From Podarcis bocagei (lineage: Eukaryota), in NCBI GenBank assembly GCA_964188305.1, contig OZ076885.1: a stretch of DNA of 64,000 nucleotides; one strand, written 5' to 3'. Positions 36,653 to 47,760 of this stretch are shown here, piece after piece (the stretch's first letter is position 1; every line of letters begins with the position of its first letter). The notes beneath the pieces are model-generated. The model ran no database searches. It was given only the letters and a program-made list of their open reading frames with translations, and was not told the origin of the DNA. The translations under genes were made by a program, and so were the position numbers.

Positions 36653-39600
36653 ACAGTAATTCCTGTTGCAGATGAGGACTTATAGCTACCATACTAACAA
36701 GAAAGTTACTTCTTCTGAACTAAGGATTGTTTAAAGTTTTCTGTTATCCTCTCCAACTATGGAGCAGACACCTGGGGTAAGTCTGAACACCTGGAAAGAC
36801 TTGAGAAATTTGAGAGATGGAGAAAGTCTGTACTGGTCACAGGCTTTCTCCTCCCACAGTGAGAAAGTTGCTACTTTATTCTACAGATGTTTGTCTGCTT
36901 GTGATTTTACCTGTACATGAGGATTTCTAAGTGCTACAGGTGGGTGGGGTGGCCTGGGAAGGCAGTAAGTGCTTCTAAGTGGAAGGTCTTAATTCAAAAA
37001 GTTTGAGTGACACTGCCTTATTTACACATCTCTATCCAAAAGCCACCCAAGCACCTTCTAAGATAGTCCTCTGTTATTGATGTGTGAAAAAGTTCAGTTT
37101 GAGTCATTTGCATCTCCTCCAATAGGTCTGGAGTCCAATGGTGAGAGAAGGCAATTTTCCCCATACATACCAGGTGAATTCAAATTCTGTTTACCCAAAA
37201 AGTCACTGTGGCTGGCAGGAATTTTGATTTCCTTGACATCATTAATTAGCCTGGGTAATTCTTAGAACTACTAATTGCCCTATGCAAGACTTTCTGGTAA
37301 GTTAGACACCAGTGCAAACTTTCCAAATAAGGCAAGAAAGGGAATTGTCTGTGCAGAGAAGTTTCCAAGTGCAAATCCTCTTTCCTGACCGTATTGATGT
37401 TGGAGGTTCCCCACTCTCTCACACACACTTTTAAGTGAAATTGCACACTAGGCTAAAGAATCTAATACAACCAGTTTTTAAAACACACATGTAGTGTGGA
37501 TAAAGATGTGTATTAGTGCAGATGAGAACATGACTTCAATCCCAATCTCAGCCTGCATGTGCCCATGGCACATCTCACTATACCTGGGTAGGGCGTCATG
37601 GCCTCTAGCTTTATCAAGCAAACATGTAAACCCCCAAAGTAACTATGCAAGAAAAATAGGGTGTAATCTACGAGGAAACAAATGCAGTATCAGCACCACC
37701 AATGCTGTACAAAGCTGAGGCCCAATGAACCTCAACTTGCCTATCAGAACAAAGCACAGGGGGCTGTTGTACAAATGATATATGAGGTTCTGGGTAAGGG
37801 AAATACAATGGGAAATGTTAAGGGTGAACAGGACTAGCGTGCTCTAAAGGGTTGGTGTTTAGAACTGCAGGCAGGGTGGGCCTGTGTGGCAATTCTGCAG
37901 TGAAACAAGCATCAGCCCTGATGCTGCTTTGTAAGACAATTGATTTGGAGATTGTTTTCCAGGACTGAACATCAAGCTGCTGTCAACCTCTCATCTCTTT
38001 CGCCTTTGTCTCCAGCAAAGAAGTATGGATTGAGGAATGGGGCTGGCAAACTGTTGGCTTCCAACGGCTCACTGGTACCAGATGTTACCCCACAAACTTT
38101 GTACTCCCTGGAGGTGCATGGCGGCTTGGTCGCTCTGCGGGATGAGGAGGGAAAGTACTTGACTGGGCGAGAGGGTAGCATGAGAACCGTAAAGATGGAC
38201 AAACCTGGACGGGAGGAACTCTTCAGCATGGAATCCAGCCCTGCCCAGGTCTCTATGCGCTCTTCTTCTACTAACAAGTTCATTTGCTGCAGGCCAGGTA
38301 AGTCAGGAGAAAACAGCACTATCTATATTGCATTGCACTTTGTGAAGCCTCTGCAGCTGATTGGCTTTTCCTGTCTGATGAGATGGAATGTTTGTGACCA
38401 TTCCACCTGCTCAGAAAATGAGGCACAGTGGTGGTCCACATTCTGCAAGCAATGGGGCAGTTGTCAGTTTGGTTGGGTAAAACTGAGATAAGACTGACTC
38501 GGGAGGCAGGGTGAAGGCTGGGAGGAGTTCTTAGAAGGCAGGTAAGCTTAGATGCTGGGACCTCAGAGGCAAGATGGCTGAAGAGGGTGCAGAAGTAAGA
38601 AGCAGAAAAAGGGCACATACAATTGAAGTAGCAAGGATCCAGTAAGATTACGGTCCCTGAAAAAAACCACAGCATTTCTTATTAAAAGTGGTGTGACAGA
38701 AGTGCTAGGGAGGCTAACCAGAATACAAGATGGCCAATCGAAATGGGGCTAAGTAAGCTGTGAGCTGAAAAAGCAAAAACCTGAGTAAATGAATAGTGTA
38801 GCTATAGAACTGGGGAAAGAAGTCTGGAAGAAAACCATACAAAGTGCTTTGACTAGAGTAACCCAGGATGGAATTCAATGTCACTTTAAGGCAATTGTTC
38901 TGCTTCCCAGATAAACTGATTTCACCTTTCCTACATACATTGTTCGGGGTTGTCTTGAACCTGCAGAGCAGATTTGGGGGGCCATGGGAGAAGCCATGTA
39001 GCCAAAGATCTTCCATAGGACTCCCCTGGTGAGACAGGTTACTTGAATCCACACTCTGCACTCCTTTGGAAGAAATGAAGTACAGCAAGCCAGCAACTTA
39101 CGGCACATTTAACTTGTGCACAATTAATCCAGATCTGAAAGAGGATTTGAATTTAAACCAGCCTGCCTCCAAAGATGAAGATAGGAAGGTTCAAATGTTG
39201 ACACACAATGCCCCCATTCTCTGCACAATGTTTTCCTCTTTCGATCCATGAAGCACTGATTTCAGCCTGCAAGGAGTGGGCAATGGCATATGTAGGAATG
39301 CTGACCTAGGGTGTTTCTTCCCTGCCCCCTGCAGGTGCTGATCTCTACGCCAATGCTATGGCTGTCGGCAACACCGAGATCTTCCAGGTGCTGTTTGATG
39401 ACACCACAAAGAAGGTCTGCTTCCGTAGCCACAGTGGTGCATATATGTCCTTGGTGAGTGTGCCTGCCACGCATTACGAGGAACAGCAGCGATCAGGCAG
39501 GACCTAACTATGTTTCCTAACTACGGAGAAGGACGGCAGCTCGTAGGTGGTAGGGCACCTGCTTTGCATGCAGAAAGCCCCAAGCTTTTTTCAGCCACAG

Positions 39601-42396
39601 CCACTCATTCCAGTCTTGTTCCCAACCTCCTTCTGACTATATTCTACAATGGGCAATACTGAGACTAAGGAGGGAGGAAGCTGACAGGCAGCCCCACCCC
39701 ACGACTGGTTGTAAGTGAGAATGGGGGGACTGATCAAGGGCAGAGTGAGGATGGTGGGGCAGGGCCCCTTTTGCCCAAGTGGATCAGCTTCCACTGGATA
39801 CATCTGTGCCCAGATTGTGGTGCAGATTGTTCATGGTGTGCACATACACTATCTGCTATGAACCCTAGTCAGAAATTTTGCAGATTTTTGTTGTGCTTCA
39901 AAACCTATACTGCACATCTAACATACCATTTAGAAATCTTACAGTTTGGCTTCAGTCTGGGCTATGGTTCACATAGTGCAACTTGAAGTGTGAAGTCAAC
40001 AATAAAGTGGCTTTGAATAAAGCCAAGGTCCACCACCATCCCTAGCTTGCTGATGCTAGAAACCTTCCCCTTTTGGAGGTAACTACTGCTGGACTAACCT
40101 CCCTGGTATTGAGAAGCTCATGCATTGCTGTACTCTTGGGTTGCGTCACCTACCACAATGGAATTCTCAGTCTTGATGCAGCACCAAATACCTTCCACTG
40201 AAAATATATCAACATGGATCTCAGAACGTAGCTGATAAAGGGACTGATACAGAAGGTTTCTATCAGTCAAAGTAACCCAAAAACACAAAAAGCACTTTCC
40301 AACAAATGCATCCTGTCTTTTGCAGGGTCCTAATGACTGTATTAACAGCAACACCAAACAGGACAGGAATGTCTGGTTCGACATCCAGTACCAAGACCAA
40401 AAGGTGTGTCTCCGCATAGCAGACAAGCAAGTGTCCATGCGGCCCAATGGACAGCTCCTGGCAATTCCCAAAGCTGCAGGTACAAGTTGGTAGAGAGCTT
40501 CTCTTACAAGCACCAGGGCATCAGTGTGGACAGGTGAACACAGCTAGGGTGGGAAGAGAGACTGCACACTGCCAGCTGCAAATTAGCTTTAGGTAGTTCT
40601 AGGGGAAAGGAATGGAAGCGACAGCCTTGCACTAACTCCCTAGATAGCTCTCTAGAGGAATAATGTGGGGAAAGTCTTTGCACAGAAACCAAGCTGTCCC
40701 TGGATATAAAATTGGAACATGGGGAGCCAACCTTAAGCCCATCCTGTGAAATGGCTTTTTCAACACCTCAAGGGCTTCTTGTTGGAAACCAGCAACCAAA
40801 ACTTTCATAATCTTGCTCTTGCAAGATGGAATGAGTTCTGTTAACACTCCCTTCCTTACGCTTTGGAGTAGCTAACATCACTACAAATACAGCCTAGATG
40901 AAAGAGGAAAAAACACCCTAAGACTCACTAAAACACTGCCCCTCTGTGCATATAATCCTGGCCCCCAGAACTGCATACCAAGTAGGTTGACATTGCTTCT
41001 GTAATATGATCTGGGAAGCAGTCAGAGAATGAGTTCCAGTTTGGGGGGAACCACCACCAGAAACAGCTGTGCAGTTGTTGTCCATAGTGGTTACTTGAAT
41101 GAACTTTGGGGCAAATGCTACTGACAGTAGAAATCAGGATAAAACCCAAGGGAAGAACAGTATTTGAAGTCCAAGCCATTAAAAGCTTTCTGTGCCATAA
41201 GCAGCACCTTGAATCAAGTAAGAAAGACTAGAGGGAGATATTGTGAATTCTAGGCCCCTGTTACAACACTCAGCCTGGCTTCTCAGTGTGGGGTGATTTC
41301 TCCTGATCTTTAGCACTGAAGTTGACTTTCCCTGGGGAGCTGATTCCCTCTTGAGAGCAAAAGGAAGGGTGGCAAAATAGTTCTCTTTGAAAGCCAGGTG
41401 CGGCCAATGCTAAAGGTTTCCCTTGTACCTTCAGGGAAGAGTGAAGATTTCCTGCTGGTGCTGGTGAACCGGCCACTGCTTGTCCTGCACAGTGATGCCG
41501 GCTACGTGGGTCTGTGTTCTGACATGAGGAAGTTGGAAGGGAACTGCGTCAGCTATGTTGCCAGCAGCCTGTCGCTCACCGAGGAAGGCTACTACAACTT
41601 CCAAGTTGGTTAGTATGTTTCCAGGTGGGACTAAGTATATTCCAAGGGGTTGGGGTCTCCTAGTATCTGTGTTGCGAGAGAAACATGACCTACTCATAAA
41701 TGGGAGCTGCCATCAAAGGATTTTTATAAAAACAAGCCTAGGTTATACGTAGCCATAGGAGGGGGCCAAAACTTGCTTTCCCAAACCAAAACAATGCAAG
41801 AGAGCGCATCATCACTATTTCCCCCCCTTTGCCCTTTGTTTTGCTCCATGACCCCTGGACAATAGTTTCCTAGGCCCAATTAAGGATAAACTACTGTTCA
41901 GGTTGGATGGCCATCTGTCATGGTTGATTTAGCTGTGATTCCTGTGTTGCAGGGCGTTGGACTAGATGACCCTTGGGTCCCTTCCGACTCTATTATTCTA
42001 GGTGTCGGTCATGTTTTCACTTTATACATGGTTTCTTTCTAAACCATACCTAGTATTGCCATGACAAGCACATCCTAATTACCTGTGATTCTTTTACCTC
42101 GTAAAAGTCGGAGAGATCCAAGAGCTGGTCTTGCCACACCTCTACCTTCCCTGACCCTCACCCTTCCTTCCACTAATTCTGCCACTTGACCTGCAGGCAG
42201 CAAGTACTGGGCTCTGGATAACGATGGACAAATCTTGGTAAACAGTGACCGTCCCAGCAATTTCACCATCCAGTTTGCATCCTCCAGCTGCCTGATCATC
42301 AAAGCACCCAACAACAAGTTTTTTGTGGCTGAGCAAGGAGGCCGACTATGGGCAGGGGCTTCAGACGCATCTGGAGCAACACTGTTCCATTTCTGA
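35175..42396 (+). CDS. Divergent fascin-family actin-bundling protein (four beta-trefoils), 7 exons, 494 aa
   Basis: Exons 35175-35480, 36224-36473, 38016-38297, 39335-39453, 40326-40479, 41435-41608, 42197-42396; phases 0,1,1,0,1,1; 1485 nt open frame. Collinear with fascin-1 motifs: FGLVNAANRYLTAEPFRF, RYLAADANGKVTC, RYLGGAEENVTCFAQ, EKWTLHLAVHP, DRDMPWGAESVIT, LVNRPLLV, KYWAL. Start context caccATG; AATAAA at 42423. Confidence 0.92.
36607..36650. repeat. (CA)n microsatellite
   Basis: About 22 CA units in intron 2 of the fascin-like gene. Confidence 0.95.
41900..42000 (+). mobile_element. CR1 LINE 3' fragment
   Basis: GTTGGACTAGATGACCCTTGGGTCCCTTCCGACTCTATTATTCTA tail. Confidence 0.7.
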
Positions 42397-42422
42397 GAGC
42401 ATCTGACCTTGCTCTTCCCACC

Positions 42423-42428
42423 AATAAA
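42423..42428 (+). terminator. Poly(A) signal of the fascin-like gene
   Basis: AATAAA 26 nt after the TGA, followed by T/GT-rich sequence. Confidence 0.65.
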
Positions 42429-43431
42429 CTTTTTCTGTGTGGGCTTACTTCATGCTTATCTCAACTGATGCCCAATTGGCCCATGTGTTAGACTTCTTGG
42501 AAATGACCTTTCCTCCGTAGATCCTCCCTCACACAGGACATACTTGAACTCTAAATGAAAGCTCTGCTACCTACAGCAGACCCAAGCCAGGACCCTTTCA
42601 TATGAATTTCCTTATGCAAAAACTTTCTGTGCCCATGAGGTCCCTTCTGAAGCACCTTCCTGCAGTTAGGATGATTTGCAAAGCCTCAGTTATCTTAAAG
42701 ATGTGTACTTTTCTTCAGCCCAAGAGGGGTCCCCCATGCTTCTAGGAGCACAGCTGTTCTCCCATGTACCAATGTTTGTCTGAAGCTCCACATAGCTACA
42801 GTAGTTTAAAAATAAATATTTATTCCAAGGGTGCAGTAGAAAACCAAGTATCACAAATTATCAATACACACCAATAACAACACTGATTTGGGGGGAAGGG
42901 GCACAAGGGCTGCTGCCCTTATCCCTACCCACATTCAGGAAGAGGGCACAGGAGGTAACACAACAATTAGGGAGGATGAGCAAGACTGCCCTCCTGAGTC
43001 ACTGCACACATGCTAGAGTCTTGCGTTGTTAGAATGTACCACGCTGGGGAATTCAAAGGACACACCAGCTGCAGGCAAAGTCTGATTATTAGGTGGCATT
43101 CACTGGCCCATAGTCTTTTGACTTGCAAGAGTCAATTACCAAAGGTACAAAGTTGGAATGGATCAACTGGCGCCCTCCAGGAGGATTGCAAGCTTAGTTA
43201 GGGTGTGTGGGTCCGTCATCTCATGAAAACTGTTTCCAGACACTGGAGACCCTGCTAATGGTGCTCCACCTGAATGAGCTTGAAATGAGAAGTTGAGCCG
43301 CCTTCTTTCAGCTTATTGGGGGAATTGGACACACACCTCATCTTGTTCCAGCCACAGAAATGGAGGGTTCATGCAGCCTCTCTCCAATCTGAAGAGCACA
43401 CAGTTCCATACATTGCAGCCCACAAAGGTTC

Positions 43432-46400
43432 TCAGTAAGAGTCCAAACTGCAGAAAATATAGAGCGAAACATGAGGATCTTAGCAACAGCAACAGCAAAT
43501 ACCTCTGCCTTCTTACCCAAAGTACAGTGGAACAGACTGAACACCTATTCCAAGGATGGGGAACCTGCAGGCCTCCAGATGTTGGAATCCAACTCCCAAC
43601 ATAGCCAATAATCAGTGATGATGGAAGTTGTCTAGCAACATCTGGGGAGCCCATGGGTACTTTATCCCTTTGTATTCCATTGATTCCCCTGTTTGAAGAA
43701 ATAAGCCAACCAACATAAATATATGATAAGCCACCTGTGCAATTTAGCATTACAACATTGAGCCTGAATCAATCAGAAAAAGAACGTCAAACTTGCATGT
43801 TCTCCCACAACAGCCAAGGAGGACTTCAGCAGGATTTTGTGTTCTCTATTTAATTAAATTTTTAAAGAATCCTAGCTTAGCATTATGTCTGAATCAGGAA
43901 TCCTGGTTTAAAACTCTGGTAAGTGCCATAATAAATCAACTTCACACTATGGGTTACAAAGTTGGCTTCTTAAACTGATCAGAGTTACAGTATACCAATT
44001 TCCAGAGAGTATAACAGTCAGGCTTGCATTCAACACAGCGCTAAGAAGAAAGATTTCTCCTTGTGCAATTGAGCATATTCCCCACCTGCATGCCCCTTAA
44101 ATCTGCTCTGGGAATGGCATGGAGCACAGAAGTCCCACTGTACTAATACTAATCCTTGCACTAGTGTGGATATTTGGTTGAATATTGTCCAGTTTTGGGG
44201 GGACATTAAAGGCTAAGCTAACACATTTATTACAGCTTAAGCTAGTCCATGAAAACTTATGCCATAACTAATTTGATACTTTTTAATGTGCCACAGGACT
44301 TTTGTTGTTTTAAACCAGGATCCTTGGTTCCAACATGACGCTAAACAGGGATTATTTAAAAATGAAAGTAAATCCTTCCACGTCCTCCCAGCCATAAAGG
44401 AAGAGGATATGGGGACTCACACACGAGCCTGAAACTTCACTTAGACCTTTCCATATAGCACTAAACCCAACATTACATGTAAATACAGTCAGTGTCTTAA
44501 AAAACAAAATCTAATCAATGCACATAAAAAAATATTTCCCTAAAATACCATAATGGTAGGCAAGTAAAGTACCTGGAGAAGGCAGCCAGAGTGAGAACAC
44601 CCAGTAACAGCTCCACAGCATAGAAGAGGAGGAGGATAGCATTAAGGATGGCCTCCAGCCGCAGAGCATAAGTCTGCAGCAGCAGATAATAGGCTGCCAT
44701 CACTGCTGCTGGAAAGGTTAAAGCCAGACTGATAGCAAGTGGCACTTTCCGTTGACAGAGGTTCCCTTTTGAGCCTGCCATACACAGAAAATATTAAAAA
44801 GAAAATGCATAGACCTGTTCAGCATAAAAGCCACAGTATTTGGAATCTGAGGGCACAAAATGAATAGCTCTACTTTTCAGGGATCAGTTCTCATTTAACT
44901 AAATAAGTCAAAAAATAACTAAATAACTCATTTAACTAAATAAGTCAAAAAATTGTCCAGTAGCACCTTCGAGACCAACTAAGTTTGTTCTGGGTATAAG
45001 CTTTCGTGTGCATGCACACTTCTTCAGATACACTGAAACAGAAGTCACCAGAACCTTATATATAATGGGAGGTGGGGTGGGGTATTTCTCAGAAGGGTAG
45101 TAGAAGATGGGTGATTGACTCAATGGGTATGGTAAATCTGTTGACGACTGAACAATTTTGTAATTTAAAAAAAAATTTTTTTTTAATTTTTTAAAAAATA
45201 ACGTTTTTTTAAAAAAAAAACTTTTATTTTATTTCGACTGCATCAGACCAACACAGCTATCTACCTGAATCATGAATCATTTAACAGAGAATAAGGAATG
45301 GGATTTTGCATTTAACATTTGTACTGTAGTTCATAAGCTAGTCTCAGGTCAGGAAGGACAGTCAGACTAGATAAATGGGATCTCATATTTCCACCCACAT
45401 AATGATGTCTTGCCTCCTACCTACTCCCGAATTAGGGAATGTACCACAGAGCCCCTTTTTCAGCCTCATTTCATTGGAGGCACCTATTCCAGTTCAGCAG
45501 AATAATTAGGAAGGCCTGGAATGATGGAGTGAAGGCACTGTCAGCAATTTACACTCTGCTCAACTACTCTACTCTCAAACACCTTTGCTGTTGGAGAAGC
45601 GGAATTTATCGATGAGTGAACCACATTAACAACAGCAACAACAATAAATTTTATTCATATCCTGCCCATCTGGCTGGGTTTCCCTAGGAGTCATCTTTTC
45701 AGGTCAAGTGCCATCAAAGATGCTCACAAAATGGCAGGTGAGTGCACTACTCGTGGGAACATTTTTATTGAATACTCACCAAAAAATATCCGGGTCACTT
45801 CAATCCCAAGATAGAGAAAAAGCATAATCAGGTCCAAAGCCAAATTGGCAGAGGGGTAGGGCAACAGGAGTCCTAAGCGGGTACACAAATGGACATGTGC
45901 ATTAAGAGAACAGCAAAGCCAGATGCCTCTTCCCATTTAATGAATTCCTTAATAAAAGAAGAGTGTCTGATGTTGGTTAACATCTAATGTAGCAGCTAGA
46001 ATGACAACAAACACTGGGACATGGATGGTTCTGAAAAAGGCTGTGAACTCTTAAGCAGCTAGGTGAAAAATAATTACACTATCCACTTTGTTCTTTCACT
46101 TTCTTCAGGTGAGAGCCACAAGGTAAATGCGTAAAAAAAGCCTGCAGGCAACCCAAACATATCATCCCTTCAAAGACTCACCTTTATAGACAAATATGAA
46201 AATCTCCAGCAGAAAATATGTTGCGTAATACCAGCCATTCAGGAACAGGAGAATTTCCAGAGGGGTAGAGGATAGTTGACGATCTAGGAGGTGAAACCAG
46301 AATATGATTATCTATGGGGTACACATTTTGTGTTCCACTCTCACCTCTTAAAGAGGAGCAGTACAAACTTTCTTGAGAGACTATATTAGAGTTTATGTAC

Positions 46401-47367
46401 ACTTCCTCTTGTCCCCCTGCTTTCCAGCTGAATCAGAGCCAATGGCAATTCTGGTTTTCCCAGGACTGCCATTTGTTCCAATCTATCCCAAGGTGGGTTT
46501 TCCCTCAGAAAGGAGCAGGGCAAAGGGTGTGAGTCAAGCAGAAACTGCTGCTAAGAAGCCAAGCACCAATGAGACAGTCTCAGTTCTGTTCTAAACTCAG
46601 TCAACAGAGACAGGTGTGAGGTGAAGATTGTCAAAATGGAAGCCCTGAGATGACAACAGCCATTAGGGGACGCCAATATTTGTACAGGGCTGGACAAGGG
46701 CACAGAACACAAGCCTTGTGTGCAGCTAATCTTCATTTTGCCTTTCTTGCATTTGGGGGTGCACTGGACGTCGTGAGCTCAAAACTGGGATGCTGCGGCC
46801 TCACCAGCTTAGCGTGGAACCTCAGCAAATGGTCTAACATACCTCAGGCAAAGGGAAACCAACCAGCAGCAGAGAATAAAAACCCCAGCCCACCGATCTG
46901 AACCCCTTGGAAGGGTCCAAAACCCCGTATTTGGGCAGCTTTACGCTAGGAGAGGGTTGCGAAGCGGCAGCCTCCCGCAGGACGTGGCCCCGAGTCTACC
47001 ACCCTCCTTTGGCAGGATGGTTTTTCTGGGGGAGCTCAGCGATAGGCTGAGCCAAGAGGCCCCTCATCAGGCTCTGGGGACCCGGGGGCCACTCTGCCTC
47101 CTTCCCCTTCGCTCCGGCTATTCCTCCCGCCTGGGGAGCGCTTGGCGGGATGCCGTCGGATCCCCGCCGTCGCTGCCGGGCTGCAGCCGGAGCCCAGTTC
47201 CCGTCCCTGCTCCAGGGCTCGGGGTGTCCTGGGCGGCGGGCCGGGCGAGCGGGGTGGGAATCAAGAAGAGCCGAGCCTTCCACGGGGATCAGTCGCGGTG
47301 ACGTGACCTCGCAGCCCCCAGGGCCCCTAGAACGCTGCCGGGACCCCGACTTACTGCGAGGCGCCAT
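43432..47367 (-). CDS. TMEM216: Transmembrane protein 216 (ciliary transition zone), 5 exons, 141 aa
   Basis: Exons 47367-47355 (MAPR), 46283-46182 (RQLSSTPLEILLFLNGWYYATYF), 45872-45780 (LLLPYPSANLALD), 44774-44573 (SKGNLCQRKVPL...LAAFS), 43447-43432 (SLDSY*); 426 nt. The tiny last exon is less certain than the others. Confidence 0.93.
44937..45277 (-). mobile_element. Penelope-like non-autonomous element
   Basis: Minimal hammerhead motif at 44994-45031; flanking TCATTTAAC repeats at 44928 and 45278; local tandem duplication at 44891-44953. Confidence 0.65.
44994..45031 (-). ncRNA. Minimal type I hammerhead ribozyme motif
   Basis: Minus strand reads GUAU CUGAAGA A GUGUG-CAUG-CACAC GAAA GC UU AUAC: conserved core, stem II, palindromic AAGCUU in place of stem III, 4-bp stem I. 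Confidence 0.65.
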
Positions 47368-47760
47368 CTTCCATCGCCATGGAAACCGCTACGCAGGAAA
47401 CCCACTTCCGGCGAAGCTGACTGCACGGAAGCGGGAGAGGGCGGAGTGGCGCGCAGCGTTCGCGGAGGCAGAAAGGTCTGGGTTGGCGAGGCGCGCGCTC
47501 GCTCCCTAGCTCGCAACCAGCACGTTAGACCGAATGGACGCAGAGCGGAGCCGCTCTATCCCTGGCCTCTTTGTGCCGGAAGACCCGTTAGAAAGGCAAA
47601 AAGCTCCATGCGATACCGGATATCGAACCGCGTCTCTTTGGGGCGGAGGCTCAGATTCCGAGCGGGGACGGCGTCGCCTCGTCTCCATGAATGCTACCCG
47701 CGCGAGTTGTGGAGGCAGGAAATAAACGCAGGGGCTCCGTTCTCTCACCTTCTGCCAAAC
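46950..47760. promoter_or_regulatory. TMEM216 CpG-island promoter with RFX X-box, YY1 and ETS motifs
   Basis: ATCGCCATGGAAAC at 47373-47386 (X-box); GCGCCATCTT at 47361-47370 (YY1); ACTTCCGG near 47404 (ETS). Confidence 0.75.

Noticed and set aside
35175-42396. Calling the fascin gene FSCN1, FSCN2 or FSCN3, or a processed pseudogene
   Set aside because: Synteny, intron pattern and divergence do not fit a confident ortholog call; introns and an intact frame argue against a retro-pseudogene.
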